Shown here: piece after piece, positions 50,201-60,320 of the stretch | Layout of the letters: every line of letters begins with the position of its first letter | Position numbering within the stretch: position 1 is the stretch's first letter | From: Clostridia bacterium | GTDB taxonomy: Bacteria > Bacillota > Clostridia > TANB77 > CAG-508 | NCBI GenBank assembly: GCA_045643205.1 | Contig: JAZUKI010000003.1 | Span: 96,001-160,000, forward strand | Direction: 5' to 3' | Length of the DNA stretch: 64,000 nt | Program-made: the position numbers and the translations under genes | The notes under the pieces: generated by a model | Told to the model about the DNA's origin: nothing | What the model saw: only the letters and a program-made list of their open reading frames with translations | The model's database searches: none

Positions 50201-51443
50201 AAGAAAATATTTGTATGCCGACACAGTTAGAATCGGAGCAAATGTTAAACCAGGATATACATGGAAAGAATGGGATGGAGATGTAGTTTCAGGAGAAGAA
50301 CAATATTACACATTCACAATGCCATCAAACAATGTAGAAGAAACAGCATCAACATCAATTGTAGAATATACAATTTCATATAATTCAAACGATGCAGATC
50401 CAACAACAGCAAAAGCTGTAATGCCAGAAAATCCAGAAACATATAATATAGAAACAGAAGAATTTATATTAAGAAATCCAACAAGAGATGGATATGAATT
50501 TGTAGGTTGGACTATAGTAAATGACGAAATTATTGTTGATTTAGAAGAAGGCGAAATAGTAGAACCAAAAGTAGATGTTACAATTGTTCCTGGAACACAT
50601 GGAAACTTAACATTCACAGCAAATTGGAATAAAAACGAAGATACAAAATATACAGTAAAACATTGGCAACAAAGAATTTACAAAGATGATGATGAAACAA
50701 AAGAAAAATCAAATGCATCTATATATAATGAAGAAAATTACAAATTAGTAGATACAGAAGAATTTGCAGGAGTAACAGATGATACTATTGTTCCTGAAAC
50801 AAAAGAATACGAAGGATTTACAGCTCCAATTAAACAAGAATTAGTAATCAAAGGTGATGGAACATCTGAATTAAATTATTACTATACAAGAAACTATTAC
50901 AAATTAAAAATTGAAAAAGATGAAAACATTGCTAATACAGAAGGCGAAGGAACTTATTTGTATGGAGAAAAAGTAAAGGTAAATTGTACATCAAGTTATG
51001 GATATTCATTTAAAGAATGGCAAGGCGATAAAGAAAATATGCACCAAGAAGATTACGTAACTATGCCAGCAAACGATAAAGAAATAAAAGCTATATCAAT
51101 GAAAAATAAGCATCAAGTTAAGATTAATTTAGATGAAGAAGATATAATATTAGATGTAGAATATGATGATACTATAGTAATAGACAAACCAGAAAAGAAT
51201 GGATATGAATTCTTGTATTTTGAAACAGAAGATGGCAAGAAAGTTTATGAGAACAAACTATACATAGATGATAAAGACTATGTAATAAAACCAGTTTGGG
51301 GTAAAATACCAGAAATGAATTTACCACAAACAGGTGAAAACGATACTGCTTTATTAGCAATTTACACAATAATAACAATTGCATCATTTGCTTTGGCAAT
51401 AGAGTTAGCAAGAAAAAACAGTACGTCTAAAATTGACAAATAA
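47280..51443 (+). CDS. Cell-wall-anchored adhesin-like protein: Cys/His-rich N-region, Ig-like domains, InlB-B/MucBP-like repeat stalk
   Basis: Signal peptide; YHWEECSIC; D..AP/GP Ig-like repeats; same stalk modules as upstream gene; LPQTG and TM helix. Confidence 0.85.
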   Translation: MKKLKLIIEKILIFVLMILPLTISFINPLKTIAAEAMPIDLGTYNEATVNAPIHTHIWTTKFDDNYHWEECSICKNTRNKTTHVLSGNGGSKTLCENGYFNEAYRETCNCGFQSKPQVVVHGRYENYVDCQTLNYGTMNNQTFNNLKHVSNAEFQDLLNGTNNSGKNPSLQKLPATPGGQPYTWNAIDNDGLGLIFMGGPIMSDTRGVKGTLELIIGSEGDCGKKVAFDEYFILTRYIYSTENPTRLGFVSYMENNTPHSDLINNSDHMLYGYPAKYRNRVNDTQWNKIVAEFKGYYTHTSSWGWQSMNIQHAGHANSGSYIYATSACYDSSNHHSINLNDDVPINCDICDCHYNGNEGYSSDTWYRCSAHERLNDGESVTCGGHIVTGKDGVKLGTVYCNFKRTGDTTVRTNVTVVPEKGFTVVENTTVPNTVVPKLDSTNPSSTWTYYGIVRLSNQKSGSQLISRGINCGINYGFNDTIAPTAYGYSNNTTNNSYWKVEGAGTQSNPKTQSKITVTFKDPQQYSRNVVKVKVYDSDQKTVLPQGNNVTETPLTKVSGTSGDNTLWQGTINIMTEVNGTKNIYVQAIDACNRTSALIPMQISYIDAQGPTLTITADKNNNTWATSKILTLTGSDDYKYYSMGTSATDMIQVGNTTYNNQRKYEVTGDTYSQPRTIRFYAQDTAGNLSYKDYSISHIDNTKPTIDLARVTIGHGSSTMQIVANDKNRILNEEGSGVTQYAASKDLATLESKFQTSNQFTLDETGRYYFAVKDAVGNISVVESTIINIMYDLTINPNGGVYNNSNNSTIKAIQDGTTESIAIPTRVGYNFAGWTLTGTNSTLTYTDNSLTKPATFKMGTEDATLTANWTPRNDTDYVVRHWKQNLYDNTNEETKEYYNTQYDDIIYELTDAEELQGTSDTKVTPAVKIYEGFTSPERQEITINADGSGFLDYYYKRNEYNVKLNGDNGIDELIGERKYLYADTVRIGANVKPGYTWKEWDGDVVSGEEQYYTFTMPSNNVEETASTSIVEYTISYNSNDADPTTAKAVMPENPETYNIETEEFILRNPTRDGYEFVGWTIVNDEIIVDLEEGEIVEPKVDVTIVPGTHGNLTFTANWNKNEDTKYTVKHWQQRIYKDDDETKEKSNASIYNEENYKLVDTEEFAGVTDDTIVPETKEYEGFTAPIKQELVIKGDGTSELNYYYTRNYYKLKIEKDENIANTEGEGTYLYGEKVKVNCTSSYGYSFKEWQGDKENMHQEDYVTMPANDKEIKAISMKNKHQVKINLDEEDIILDVEYDDTIVIDKPEKNGYEFLYFETEDGKKVYENKLYIDDKDYVIKPVWGKIPEMNLPQTGENDTALLAIYTIITIASFALAIELARKNSTSKIDK

Positions 51444-51519
51444 TGGTAGAAATGATATAATTTGAACATACATTAATTGAACCCCTCGATTAATGTTTTA
51501 ACATACATGCAACTTTAAA

Positions 51520-52041
51520 ATGGCACAGAAAGAAAGAGGACACAGGGATATGACAACAAGAAGAGCAAGACGGAAAAAGGCAATCAAATTATTAGTAATA
51601 CGGTTTTTAACTATCACTTTGATAGCGGGGTTAACCGCAATTGGAATTTATCAATTTGATAAATTTCAGTGTACGAGGGTAATAAAACCTTTGTATCAAT
51701 TATTTTGCATAAACGATAGTATTAAGTATTATAAACAACAGGAAAGCCTATACCAAGGTTTTAAAGACAATACGGAATACTCAAACAAGATTAGAGAACT
51801 CACGCAAGAGCGGCGAGATAATTTTTACCACAGCGAGGATAGAGTAGTTGCGTTTATAACGCAAAAAAATTCATTAATAAAATTTATTATACTCATTCTT
51901 GCAGTGGTAGCAATAATATTTATCACAATTTTTCCGATAATTATATTGCTAGCCTTGTATGATATGATTCTACAAAAATTCAAAAGAGCATGGCAAAGAA
52001 CCAATACTATTGAGTATAAAGGTTCCATAATTAAACAATAA
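51520..52041 (+). CDS. Hypothetical two-TM membrane protein (start may be 51550)
   Basis: ORF with two hydrophobic helices, own TTGACA/TATAAT promoter and GC-rich terminator. Confidence 0.65.
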   Translation: MAQKERGHRDMTTRRARRKKAIKLLVIRFLTITLIAGLTAIGIYQFDKFQCTRVIKPLYQLFCINDSIKYYKQQESLYQGFKDNTEYSNKIRELTQERRDNFYHSEDRVVAFITQKNSLIKFIILILAVVAIIFITIFPIIILLALYDMILQKFKRAWQRTNTIEYKGSIIKQ

Positions 52042-52199
52042 AAATAAGAGGGGGGTCGCAGCCTAGTAATAGGGCTGCGATTTTTTATTGAAATTTTAGT
52101 ATTAAAGGGTATAATATAAATATAAAAATTTACAAATGTAATCAGCATAAATGTTTGAGAATAGTGTAAATTTTTAATAAAATAAATAGAGGTGGAAAA

Positions 52200-52730
52200 A
52201 TGGAAGAAAAAAGAGAAAAGAAAATTAATTTGTTTTCAGTAATTTTAATATTAATCATTTTAATTTTGATAGCAGGATTAGTATGTATATTTATAGAAAA
52301 CAAAAAATTGAATCAACAATTAAGCGAACGTAATAATACTAATGAGATAACTAATAATACTGAAACTAATTCAATTAATACTTATAAAGTTGAAAACATA
52401 AAAAATATATATGATGCCTATGTAGATGAAGATAGTAATCTTATAAAAGCTCAAAAAATAGTTAAAGAGCTTATAGATACAGTAAATAATAAAGACTGGT
52501 ATTACTTAGCAAAAATAGTTGGTACAGATGCAGATGACTTTATAAAATATGATATTTGTAATTATAATGTTAATGTTGACGATTACCAAGAACTTGGCAA
52601 TAAATATGTATTCAATGAAACATATGAAACAACAATAGACACTAAGTCAGTAGGATTAGGAAAATTACTAATAATAACATTTGAAGATAGTGATAGTATA
52701 AAAATAGATGTAAATTGTACTGGGCTATAA
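52200..52730 (+). CDS. Hypothetical membrane-anchored protein
   Basis: N-terminal TM helix, GAGG RBS. Confidence 0.72.
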   Translation: MEEKREKKINLFSVILILIILILIAGLVCIFIENKKLNQQLSERNNTNEITNNTETNSINTYKVENIKNIYDAYVDEDSNLIKAQKIVKELIDTVNNKDWYYLAKIVGTDADDFIKYDICNYNVNVDDYQELGNKYVFNETYETTIDTKSVGLGKLLIITFEDSDSIKIDVNCTGL

Positions 52731-52824
52731 AAGTAAGATAAAATATATGAATTAAATATTATACTTTAAAACAAAATGGAATGGATAAGATATAAAATTA
52801 TATATCAAATCCACTCCATTTTAT

Positions 52825-53802
52825 TTATTGCTGAACATCAGAGAGAATCTCGGGAATTTTCGAATAATATGACCATGAAATCAAAGTTTCATTTAATAAA
52901 AAGGTCTTAGTTAATTCAGAAAATTCTTTCTCTTTCCCCTTATATTGGCAATAATTTAGTAAAGTTTCTTCTTCAGAATTTACTAAATTAAATAGCATTT
53001 GAGGATTTATTTCCTCAATTACATTAAGTAATATAGCGTAGTACTCTAGATTATCAACAAAAACATCAAATGCAGATAACCTAACGCCATATACAACTTC
53101 ATCTGTATAAATTTCAGATAATGTTGTATTAAAATCATTTTTTAAAGCTGTTATATCAGAAGAAATATAACAACTTAATAATTTTTCTTCTCCAAATGCC
53201 TCAGCCAGTAAACTAGCAATATGAGTCTCATACTCATATACACATGAAGATTCTGGATAAGGATATACTTTAGAAGAAAAATAATTTGTTAATCCCTCTG
53301 ATAACGAATATCCAAAACATTTGCCTTGATATTCGTATTTGCAACCTAACATAGCATCGTTATTGTCAGAGAGATAATGCAACATCTCATGGGCAATTAC
53401 TGGGATGCTATTAGTTGAAAAATCATCGCTTACAAAAATCGTTTGATATTTGTAAGAATATAATCCATGGATTTCCATGGATGATGAACCATAGTATTTT
53501 GCTAAATCTTTTTTAGATATAATCCTATACCTGGGTTCATCTTTATTCAGCTTATAATAATCACATAGATTGTTATAAATTTCATGCATTTTATTAAGCA
53601 CATCTTTTGATGGCTCTATTGACTTAGCTAGAAGAAAATCATCTGAATAAGATTCTTCAGAAATATCTTCTGTATTGGGGCTTACTAATGCACAAGGTAT
53701 ATAGTAATCTCTGGGATCTAATGCCTCTGCTATAACAACAGCGATAAATGATACTACAAATATTAAAAGAACAGTAATAATAATTAATTTTAATTTCTTC
53801 AT
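52825..53802 (-). CDS. Secreted or membrane-anchored zincin-like metalloprotease
   Basis: N-terminal hydrophobic helix; IAHEMLHYLS (HExxH) and downstream LSEGLT third-ligand motif. Confidence 0.72.
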   Translation of the reverse strand: MKKLKLIIITVLLIFVVSFIAVVIAEALDPRDYYIPCALVSPNTEDISEESYSDDFLLAKSIEPSKDVLNKMHEIYNNLCDYYKLNKDEPRYRIISKKDLAKYYGSSSMEIHGLYSYKYQTIFVSDDFSTNSIPVIAHEMLHYLSDNNDAMLGCKYEYQGKCFGYSLSEGLTNYFSSKVYPYPESSCVYEYETHIASLLAEAFGEEKLLSCYISSDITALKNDFNTTLSEIYTDEVVYGVRLSAFDVFVDNLEYYAILLNVIEEINPQMLFNLVNSEEETLLNYCQYKGKEKEFSELTKTFLLNETLISWSYYSKIPEILSDVQQ

Positions 53803-54084
53803 AACTTTATTCTCCTTAAAATGTATTTTTTATAATGTATAATAAAGTCAATTAAACTCCAATTGGCGAAAAAAGAAATAAAATCTATATAAAATGGCAA
53901 ATAATGCCAAACAAGTAAATTATAGCACAAAATATTTTAAAATGCAACCTATTATGTAAACAACACAACTATATATTTTATACTAATATGAATATCTAGC
54001 TTACTAAAATCAATATAGAATTTTTTATAAAAGTATGAAATAAGAATAAAAAAGACTTGAAACATTACAGTTTCAAGTCTAAAC

Positions 54085-54160
54085 TGGTCGAGGCGACAGG
54101 GATCGAACCTGCGACCTCATGGTCCCAAACCACGCGCGCTACCAACTGCGCTACGCCTCG
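54085..54160 (-). tRNA. tRNA-Pro(UGG)
   Basis: CGAGGCGTAGCGCAGTTGGTAGCGC...TT-TGG-GA...GGTTCGATCCC...ACCA. Confidence 0.95.
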
Positions 54161-54420
54161 ACATATAATAAAGTTTTATTGCGTACTTGATTAATATAGC
54201 ATATTTTATCTGTAAAATCTAGTCTTTTAATTAAAATAATTAAATTATTTGATATTTACTATATATAATAGTAGAAAATTGATTATATAAATAGAAGACA
54301 TTTTAAACTTAACTATCAAATTACGAAAAAAATGGTGCTTTTGCGAAACATCTGTGATATAATGCATGTGTTCGTTAGAAATAACTAATTGAATTTTCGA
54401 AAATGAAAGGAAGAAAATAT

Positions 54421-55920
54421 ATGAAAGTTTTATTTTGTTCTGGTTTCTCATTATTTGGAACTGGTTCAGGTACTCTTATAAGAACACAAACAGATTCATT
54501 CTTAAATCATGGTGACGAAGTTGCTATTATTTCTTGTGAGAATACAACAGAGAATGTTACTAAAGATGATGGAGTTAAGTATTATCCAGTATATTTCACA
54601 TCACCTGAAGAAGGTGCTGAAAAAATAGAGGGAGCTTTCCCATTTAACTTCCCAATGTTCACAGGTAGTACTGTTTCTACAGAAAACTTCTGGAGCATAG
54701 ATATTGAAAAAATAAAAGCTATTATGGAAAAGTATCAAGCTACAGTTCATCAAGCTATTGAAGAATTCAAACCAGATGTTATCTTCGGACAACATTTATG
54801 GATTCATTCATATTTAGCAATGAAAGAAGCTAATGGAAAAATTCCAGTTGTTACAACAATTCACGGAACAGACCTTAAAGGTTATGGAGAAAAGATTCCT
54901 GAATTCATGAAAACAGCTTCAGAAACAGATAAAAAGAAATTTGAAATTTATAAAAAGTGTGCAGAAGATGCAGCAAAGATGGGTGATAAGTTTATCGTTA
55001 TATCAAATGCACAAGAAAAAAGATTTAAAGAACTTTATCCTGATCAAGCAAGCAAAGCTGAACTTGTTAGAAACAGTTATAATGCAAATAAATTCTTTAG
55101 AATTAAAGACAAATCTAGAGAAGAAATTATTGATGAAGTATTTAGCAAAATTCAAGGACATAACAATCCTGAAACATTCGATCTAGATAATGATCCTAAT
55201 GCAGTAGAATTACCAAGAGATTTCGATAAGCTAGCAATGTTTGTTGGAAAATTTGTTGAATTCAAAGGTGTTGATTCATTAATTCACGGATGGAAAGAGG
55301 TTGAAGAAAAAGAAATGGCTAAAGGAAAGAAACCATTATGTATTGTAATTGGTGCAGGTCCTTTAGGAAAATCATTAAGAGAAGAAGCAGCTAGAGTTGG
55401 TACTCAAACTTTATACTTTGTTGGAAGACAAGGTCCTGAAATTATTAACCCACTTCACAATGTTTCTAATGTTGCTATGGTTCCATCAATTCATGAACCA
55501 GATGGATTAGTTGTTAAGGAAGCTTTAGCCGGAGGAGATCCTGTAATTGGTGGAAACTCAGGTGGTATTCCAGAAACATTAGCTCCAAATCCAGGCGAGA
55601 ACTTTGTTGTTGATCAAGAACATGGCGTAATTTGCACACGTTTAGGAATGTTATTCCCAAATGAAATAACAAGAGAAATTAAGCCTGATGCAACAGATGA
55701 AGAATTAGAATTAACAAAAATTGAAGCTGGAAAAGCAATTGCTATTGCAACAGAATACATTTTTGATGAAAAGGTTAAATTTGATAAAGATGTTTTAGCT
55801 CAAGATAATATGGTTTATAGTCCAGATAACAACTACAAAGATTTATGCAAAGTATTTGAAGCAGCAGGTGTTAAAATAGATAAAAAAAAACCAGTAGATA
55901 AAACACCAGACGAAAAATAG
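54421..55920 (+). CDS. Glycosyltransferase family 4 (GT-B)
   Basis: GTGSG, KPDVIFGQH, TIHGTD, FVGKFVEFKGVD, PSIHEPDGLVVKEALAGG, GGIPE. Confidence 0.88.
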   Translation: MKVLFCSGFSLFGTGSGTLIRTQTDSFLNHGDEVAIISCENTTENVTKDDGVKYYPVYFTSPEEGAEKIEGAFPFNFPMFTGSTVSTENFWSIDIEKIKAIMEKYQATVHQAIEEFKPDVIFGQHLWIHSYLAMKEANGKIPVVTTIHGTDLKGYGEKIPEFMKTASETDKKKFEIYKKCAEDAAKMGDKFIVISNAQEKRFKELYPDQASKAELVRNSYNANKFFRIKDKSREEIIDEVFSKIQGHNNPETFDLDNDPNAVELPRDFDKLAMFVGKFVEFKGVDSLIHGWKEVEEKEMAKGKKPLCIVIGAGPLGKSLREEAARVGTQTLYFVGRQGPEIINPLHNVSNVAMVPSIHEPDGLVVKEALAGGDPVIGGNSGGIPETLAPNPGENFVVDQEHGVICTRLGMLFPNEITREIKPDATDEELELTKIEAGKAIAIATEYIFDEKVKFDKDVLAQDNMVYSPDNNYKDLCKVFEAAGVKIDKKKPVDKTPDEK

Positions 55921-56057
55921 AAAACAAAAAATAAAATAAAAAAGGCGGTACAATGTTTAATTCATTTAAGCCGTCTTTTTTGTGCTATTAAAGGTTGAAG
56001 AAAAAAAATTGAAATAGTATAATATTAAACAGCATTTATAATAAAGTGGAGGATTTT

Positions 56058-58022
56058 GTGAAAAAGGAATTAGATAAGACTCAGATTCATGCTAGAGAGA
56101 AAAAATCAAAAAGAATGAAAAGAATTAGACGACTATGTATAATAGCCGCTATTATTGTGATTATAATTATTATAAATATAGTTAATTCAGCCAAACAAAA
56201 ACATTATGCAACAACAGAATTAACCCAAATTCAAAAAAGAGATATGGCAACATCAATTGGTGCAACAGGAACAATTTCTACAGAAAGCACAAAAAATGTT
56301 ACATCAACATTAACAGGTTTTGAAGTTAAATCAGTATTTGTTTCTGAAGGACAACAAGTTACTAAGGGCGAAACAATCGCAACATTTAATGTGGATGAAG
56401 TTAAGAAAAACTTATCAAAAATTAAGTCAGCAACAAGTTCACAAAATGTTTCTAAAAAAGATGATAAAACAGCTGAAACATTAACAAACAGAGCAAATGA
56501 AGAAAAAGAGGAAGTAGAAAAACAAATTACTGAAACTAAGAAAAAATTAGAAGAAGTAAGAACAAAAAGAGATGCAAGTACAACAAAATTAAATGAATAT
56601 AAACCTACATACGATAAAGCAAAAGCTAAATATGACCCAATTAAAAATGATTATGATGAAAAAGTTAAAGCAAGAGATGCAGCAAAGAAAAAATATGACG
56701 AGCAAAAAGCAATTGTTGAGGCTATAAAAATAAATCAAAAGCTTCCAGAAGGAACTACAAATACAATTACAAACACAATTGCAAATAATGTTTCAAACGA
56801 AATTGCAAACAAGATTGAAACAGTAGTTAATGGAAATTTAGATGAAGAAGAAGCTAAATTACCAGCATTAGAAAAAGCATATAAAGAAAAAGACACAGCA
56901 GTTAAAAATGCAAAATCAAAATATGATAGTGAAACAAAAACATTTAAAGAGATAGAAAAAAAGTACATTGAATTGCAAGGAGAAAAAACACTTACAGATG
57001 CAGCTGTTACTACAGAAGAAGCAATATTAAAACAACAAGAAAAGACTGTAGAAAATTTAGACATGGTAATTGATACAATTCAAAAAGGAAGCAGTGCACT
57101 TGATACAAGTAGCATACAAAGTATGTTATCAGGAGCTGATTCATTAAGCTCAATTACATCAAGCATGAGCGGATTAACAGGCTTAACAAATATTGCAGTT
57201 ACTCCTGAGCAAATGCAAAAACAAATTGACAGTGCATCAATTAAAGCACCAGTTAGTGGAACAATAACCTATGTTGGTGTTAAACCTGGTGATACATATA
57301 TGGGATCTACAATTGTTACAATAGATAACACAGAAGCCTTTGTAATAGATGCAGAAGTTAGCGAATATGATATTCCAGACATTAAAGTTGGAATGGATGT
57401 TAAGATAAAAACAGATGCAACAAGAGATGAAATACTAGAAGGAAAAGTTACATATGTAGCACTTTCATCAACAAACACAGAAAAAGCAAGTGGTGTAGGT
57501 TCAGCAGCAGGATATGGTTCGCTTTCATCTTTAGCTTCAACATTTTCATCAATGACTGCAGGAGTAAGTTCAACAAATGCAAAATATAAAATCAAAATTG
57601 ATATAAACACTCCAAGCGATAGATTAAGAGTTGGAATGAATGCTAAAGCAAGCATTATTACAGATAAGAAAGAAAAAGTTTTAACAGTACCATATGAAGC
57701 AGTAATAAAGAGAGAAGACAATACTCACTATATTAAAGTAGTAAAAGATGGCTATGATATAGATGAAGCTGTTAGAAAATTAAAAGAATTATTAAATCAA
57801 CAAGAAGATACAGAAAAAAGAGAGACAACAACTGTTCAAACAGAAACATTAGAAAACATGATTGAAGAAATTGATGTAGAGATTGGTATTGAAGGATCAT
57901 ACTATACAGAAATCTCTTCAGATAAAATCAAAGAGAACATGTATATTATTGTTCCTGAAATAGAAACAAACAACACCATCAAAGAATTAATTCAAATGAT
58001 GGGTGCAGGCGCAGGTGTTTAA
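56058..58022 (+). CDS. Membrane-fusion/adaptor subunit (HlyD/YknX-like) of a MacAB-type exporter
   Basis: TM helix, VSEGQQVTKG lipoyl half-motif, long coiled coil, IKAPVSGTI, VSEYDI..IKVG. Confidence 0.85.
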   Translation: MKKELDKTQIHAREKKSKRMKRIRRLCIIAAIIVIIIIINIVNSAKQKHYATTELTQIQKRDMATSIGATGTISTESTKNVTSTLTGFEVKSVFVSEGQQVTKGETIATFNVDEVKKNLSKIKSATSSQNVSKKDDKTAETLTNRANEEKEEVEKQITETKKKLEEVRTKRDASTTKLNEYKPTYDKAKAKYDPIKNDYDEKVKARDAAKKKYDEQKAIVEAIKINQKLPEGTTNTITNTIANNVSNEIANKIETVVNGNLDEEEAKLPALEKAYKEKDTAVKNAKSKYDSETKTFKEIEKKYIELQGEKTLTDAAVTTEEAILKQQEKTVENLDMVIDTIQKGSSALDTSSIQSMLSGADSLSSITSSMSGLTGLTNIAVTPEQMQKQIDSASIKAPVSGTITYVGVKPGDTYMGSTIVTIDNTEAFVIDAEVSEYDIPDIKVGMDVKIKTDATRDEILEGKVTYVALSSTNTEKASGVGSAAGYGSLSSLASTFSSMTAGVSSTNAKYKIKIDINTPSDRLRVGMNAKASIITDKKEKVLTVPYEAVIKREDNTHYIKVVKDGYDIDEAVRKLKELLNQQEDTEKRETTTVQTETLENMIEEIDVEIGIEGSYYTEISSDKIKENMYIIVPEIETNNTIKELIQMMGAGAGV

Positions 58023-58115
58023 TTAAGTAAGAACATTAGAAATTTAATTTTAAATAAGAGAAACTTAATTTTCGACAGCCGTTGTAGATTACTTTAATTT
58101 TAAGAGGACGAAATT

Positions 58116-58982
58116 TTGAAAGAAATAATAAGTTTAAAAAACATTGTTAAGAAATTTTATATTGATCAACCTAATGAACTTGAAATTCTTCACGGAATTT
58201 CGCTAAAAGTTTATGATGGTGAATTTGTTTCAATCGTTGGACCATCTGGTTCAGGAAAATCAACTTTGATGAATGTTATTGGAGCATTAGATAGACCAAC
58301 ATCAGGAGAATATATACTGGATGGAATTGATGTAGAAGAATCAGATGACCTTGAAATTTCAGCAATAAGAAACCAAGAAATAGGATTTGTTTTTCAAACA
58401 TACAACTTGATTTCAAAATCTAATGCTTTAAAAAACGTTGAATTACCAATGCTTTACGCAGGGGTAAAAGCAGAAGAACGTAAAAAGAGAGCAATGGAAT
58501 TATTAAAGCTTGTTGAAATGGAAGAAAGAGCAAAACATTTACCTGAAGAATTATCAGGAGGTCAAAAACAAAGAGTCGCAATAGCTAGAGCAATGGCAAA
58601 CGATCCAGCAATAATACTTGCAGATGAGCCAACCGGTGCACTAGATAGTAAAACAGGAAGATTAGTTATGGACTTGTTCCATAAATTAAATGAGCAAGAA
58701 GGGAAAACAATTATTTTAATAACACACTCAAATGAACTTGCAAGAGAAACAGATAGAATAATTTCGATTCGTGATGGCAACATCGAAAGCGAAGAAATTT
58801 TAAAACCTGAAAAATACAAAGACATAGAGATTGATAAAAGCAATCTTAACAATAAAATAGAAACAAATAATATAAAACCAAAGAAAACTAGAACAAGAAA
58901 AAACAAAAAAGAAATAATTAATAAAAAAACAGACGATGAAATAATAAAAAACAATGAAGAAACAGATAATGAGGAGAAGTAA
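58116..58982 (+). CDS. ABC ATP-binding protein (MacB/LolD-like)
   Basis: GPSGSGKST, LSGGQKQRVAIARA, ADEPTGALD. Confidence 0.93.
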   Translation: MKEIISLKNIVKKFYIDQPNELEILHGISLKVYDGEFVSIVGPSGSGKSTLMNVIGALDRPTSGEYILDGIDVEESDDLEISAIRNQEIGFVFQTYNLISKSNALKNVELPMLYAGVKAEERKKRAMELLKLVEMEERAKHLPEELSGGQKQRVAIARAMANDPAIILADEPTGALDSKTGRLVMDLFHKLNEQEGKTIILITHSNELARETDRIISIRDGNIESEEILKPEKYKDIEIDKSNLNNKIETNNIKPKKTRTRKNKKEIINKKTDDEIIKNNEETDNEEK

Positions 58983-60289
58983 TGCTAATTTGGGAAAATA
59001 TTAGTATGGCCTTAGGAAGCCTAAAAGCTAATAAAATGCGTGCATTTCTAACAATGTTAGGAATAATAATTGGTATAGCAGCAGTAATAACAATTTACAC
59101 TGTTGGAAATTCTTTAACTATATCTATTTCAGAAAGTATGCAAACACTTGGAGCAAATGATATTTATGCAATGGTTTCTCCAAAAAAATCAGAGGAAGGA
59201 GAGAAATCATTAAAAGATCAACTTGATGGAGTAAAGTTTCCAAAAGTCACATCTACAAGTGAATTGCAATCTTCTGATTTAATAAGCAAAGATATGATTG
59301 ACCAAGTTTGTGAAAAATTTAAAGATGATATTTTTGCTGTTAATGTAGAAAGGATGGTTGGAATAGTTAACGCTACTGCTAATAACAATAAAACATCAAT
59401 AAATATAGTTGGCGCAAGTGCAGGATATTTCTTAACCGCAAATTTAAATGTTGTAGCAGGAAATATGTTTAACGAAAACAATATTCAAGACAAATCAAGA
59501 GTAGTAATGATTTCAGATGAAACAGTAGATGAGTTATTTGCTGGAGAAGTAGACAAAGCAGTAGGTTCAGATATTGTTTTAACAATAAACAATCAAGACA
59601 TAGATTTTACAATCATAGGTGTATATGAATTTTCAAGTTCAAATGGTATGGGTGGAGCAGGAATGCTTTCAACAATGGTAAACAGTTATGCTTATATACC
59701 AATGCCAACAGCAAATGATATTTTACATCAAGAAAATTCATATCAATACATTGAAATTATTCCAAAGACAGGAGTAAATTCTGAAAAACTTTCAAATAGT
59801 ATTGGTGAATTTTTTAAACAATTTTACAAAAATAATTCAAGCTATGAAGTAAGTGTTTTCACAATGTCAGGAATGGTTTCAATATTTACAAATTTATTGA
59901 ATACATTAACAACAGCAATTGCAATTATTGCAAGTATTGCATTACTTGTTGGTGGAATTGGCGTTATGAATATAATGTTGGTTTCAGTAACAGAAAGAAC
60001 AAGAGAGATTGGAATTAGAAAAGCGTTAGGTGCAAAAAACTCATCTATTAGAGAACAATTTATTGTTGAGGCAATGATAATTTGTTTAATAGGTGGAATA
60101 ATAGGTGTAACACTTGGTATAGTTTGCGGAAGTTATTTAACAAATCTTTTAGGATATCCAGCAGCACCTTCAATTCCAGGAATTATAATTGCATTGTTAT
60201 TCTCAATGGGTATAGGAATATTCTTTGGATATTATCCTGCAAACAAAGCAGCAAAGATGAATCCAATAGATGCATTAAGATACGAATAA
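58982..60289 (+). CDS. MacB/FtsX-family ABC permease
   Basis: NKMRAFLTMLGIIIGI, GGIGVMNIMLVSVTERTREIGIRKALGA, P..ALRYE. Confidence 0.93.
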   Translation: MLIWENISMALGSLKANKMRAFLTMLGIIIGIAAVITIYTVGNSLTISISESMQTLGANDIYAMVSPKKSEEGEKSLKDQLDGVKFPKVTSTSELQSSDLISKDMIDQVCEKFKDDIFAVNVERMVGIVNATANNNKTSINIVGASAGYFLTANLNVVAGNMFNENNIQDKSRVVMISDETVDELFAGEVDKAVGSDIVLTINNQDIDFTIIGVYEFSSSNGMGGAGMLSTMVNSYAYIPMPTANDILHQENSYQYIEIIPKTGVNSEKLSNSIGEFFKQFYKNNSSYEVSVFTMSGMVSIFTNLLNTLTTAIAIIASIALLVGGIGVMNIMLVSVTERTREIGIRKALGAKNSSIREQFIVEAMIICLIGGIIGVTLGIVCGSYLTNLLGYPAAPSIPGIIIALLFSMGIGIFFGYYPANKAAKMNPIDALRYE

Positions 60290-60320
60290 AATACTATAAA
60301 ATAACAAAGGAGGAAAATAT

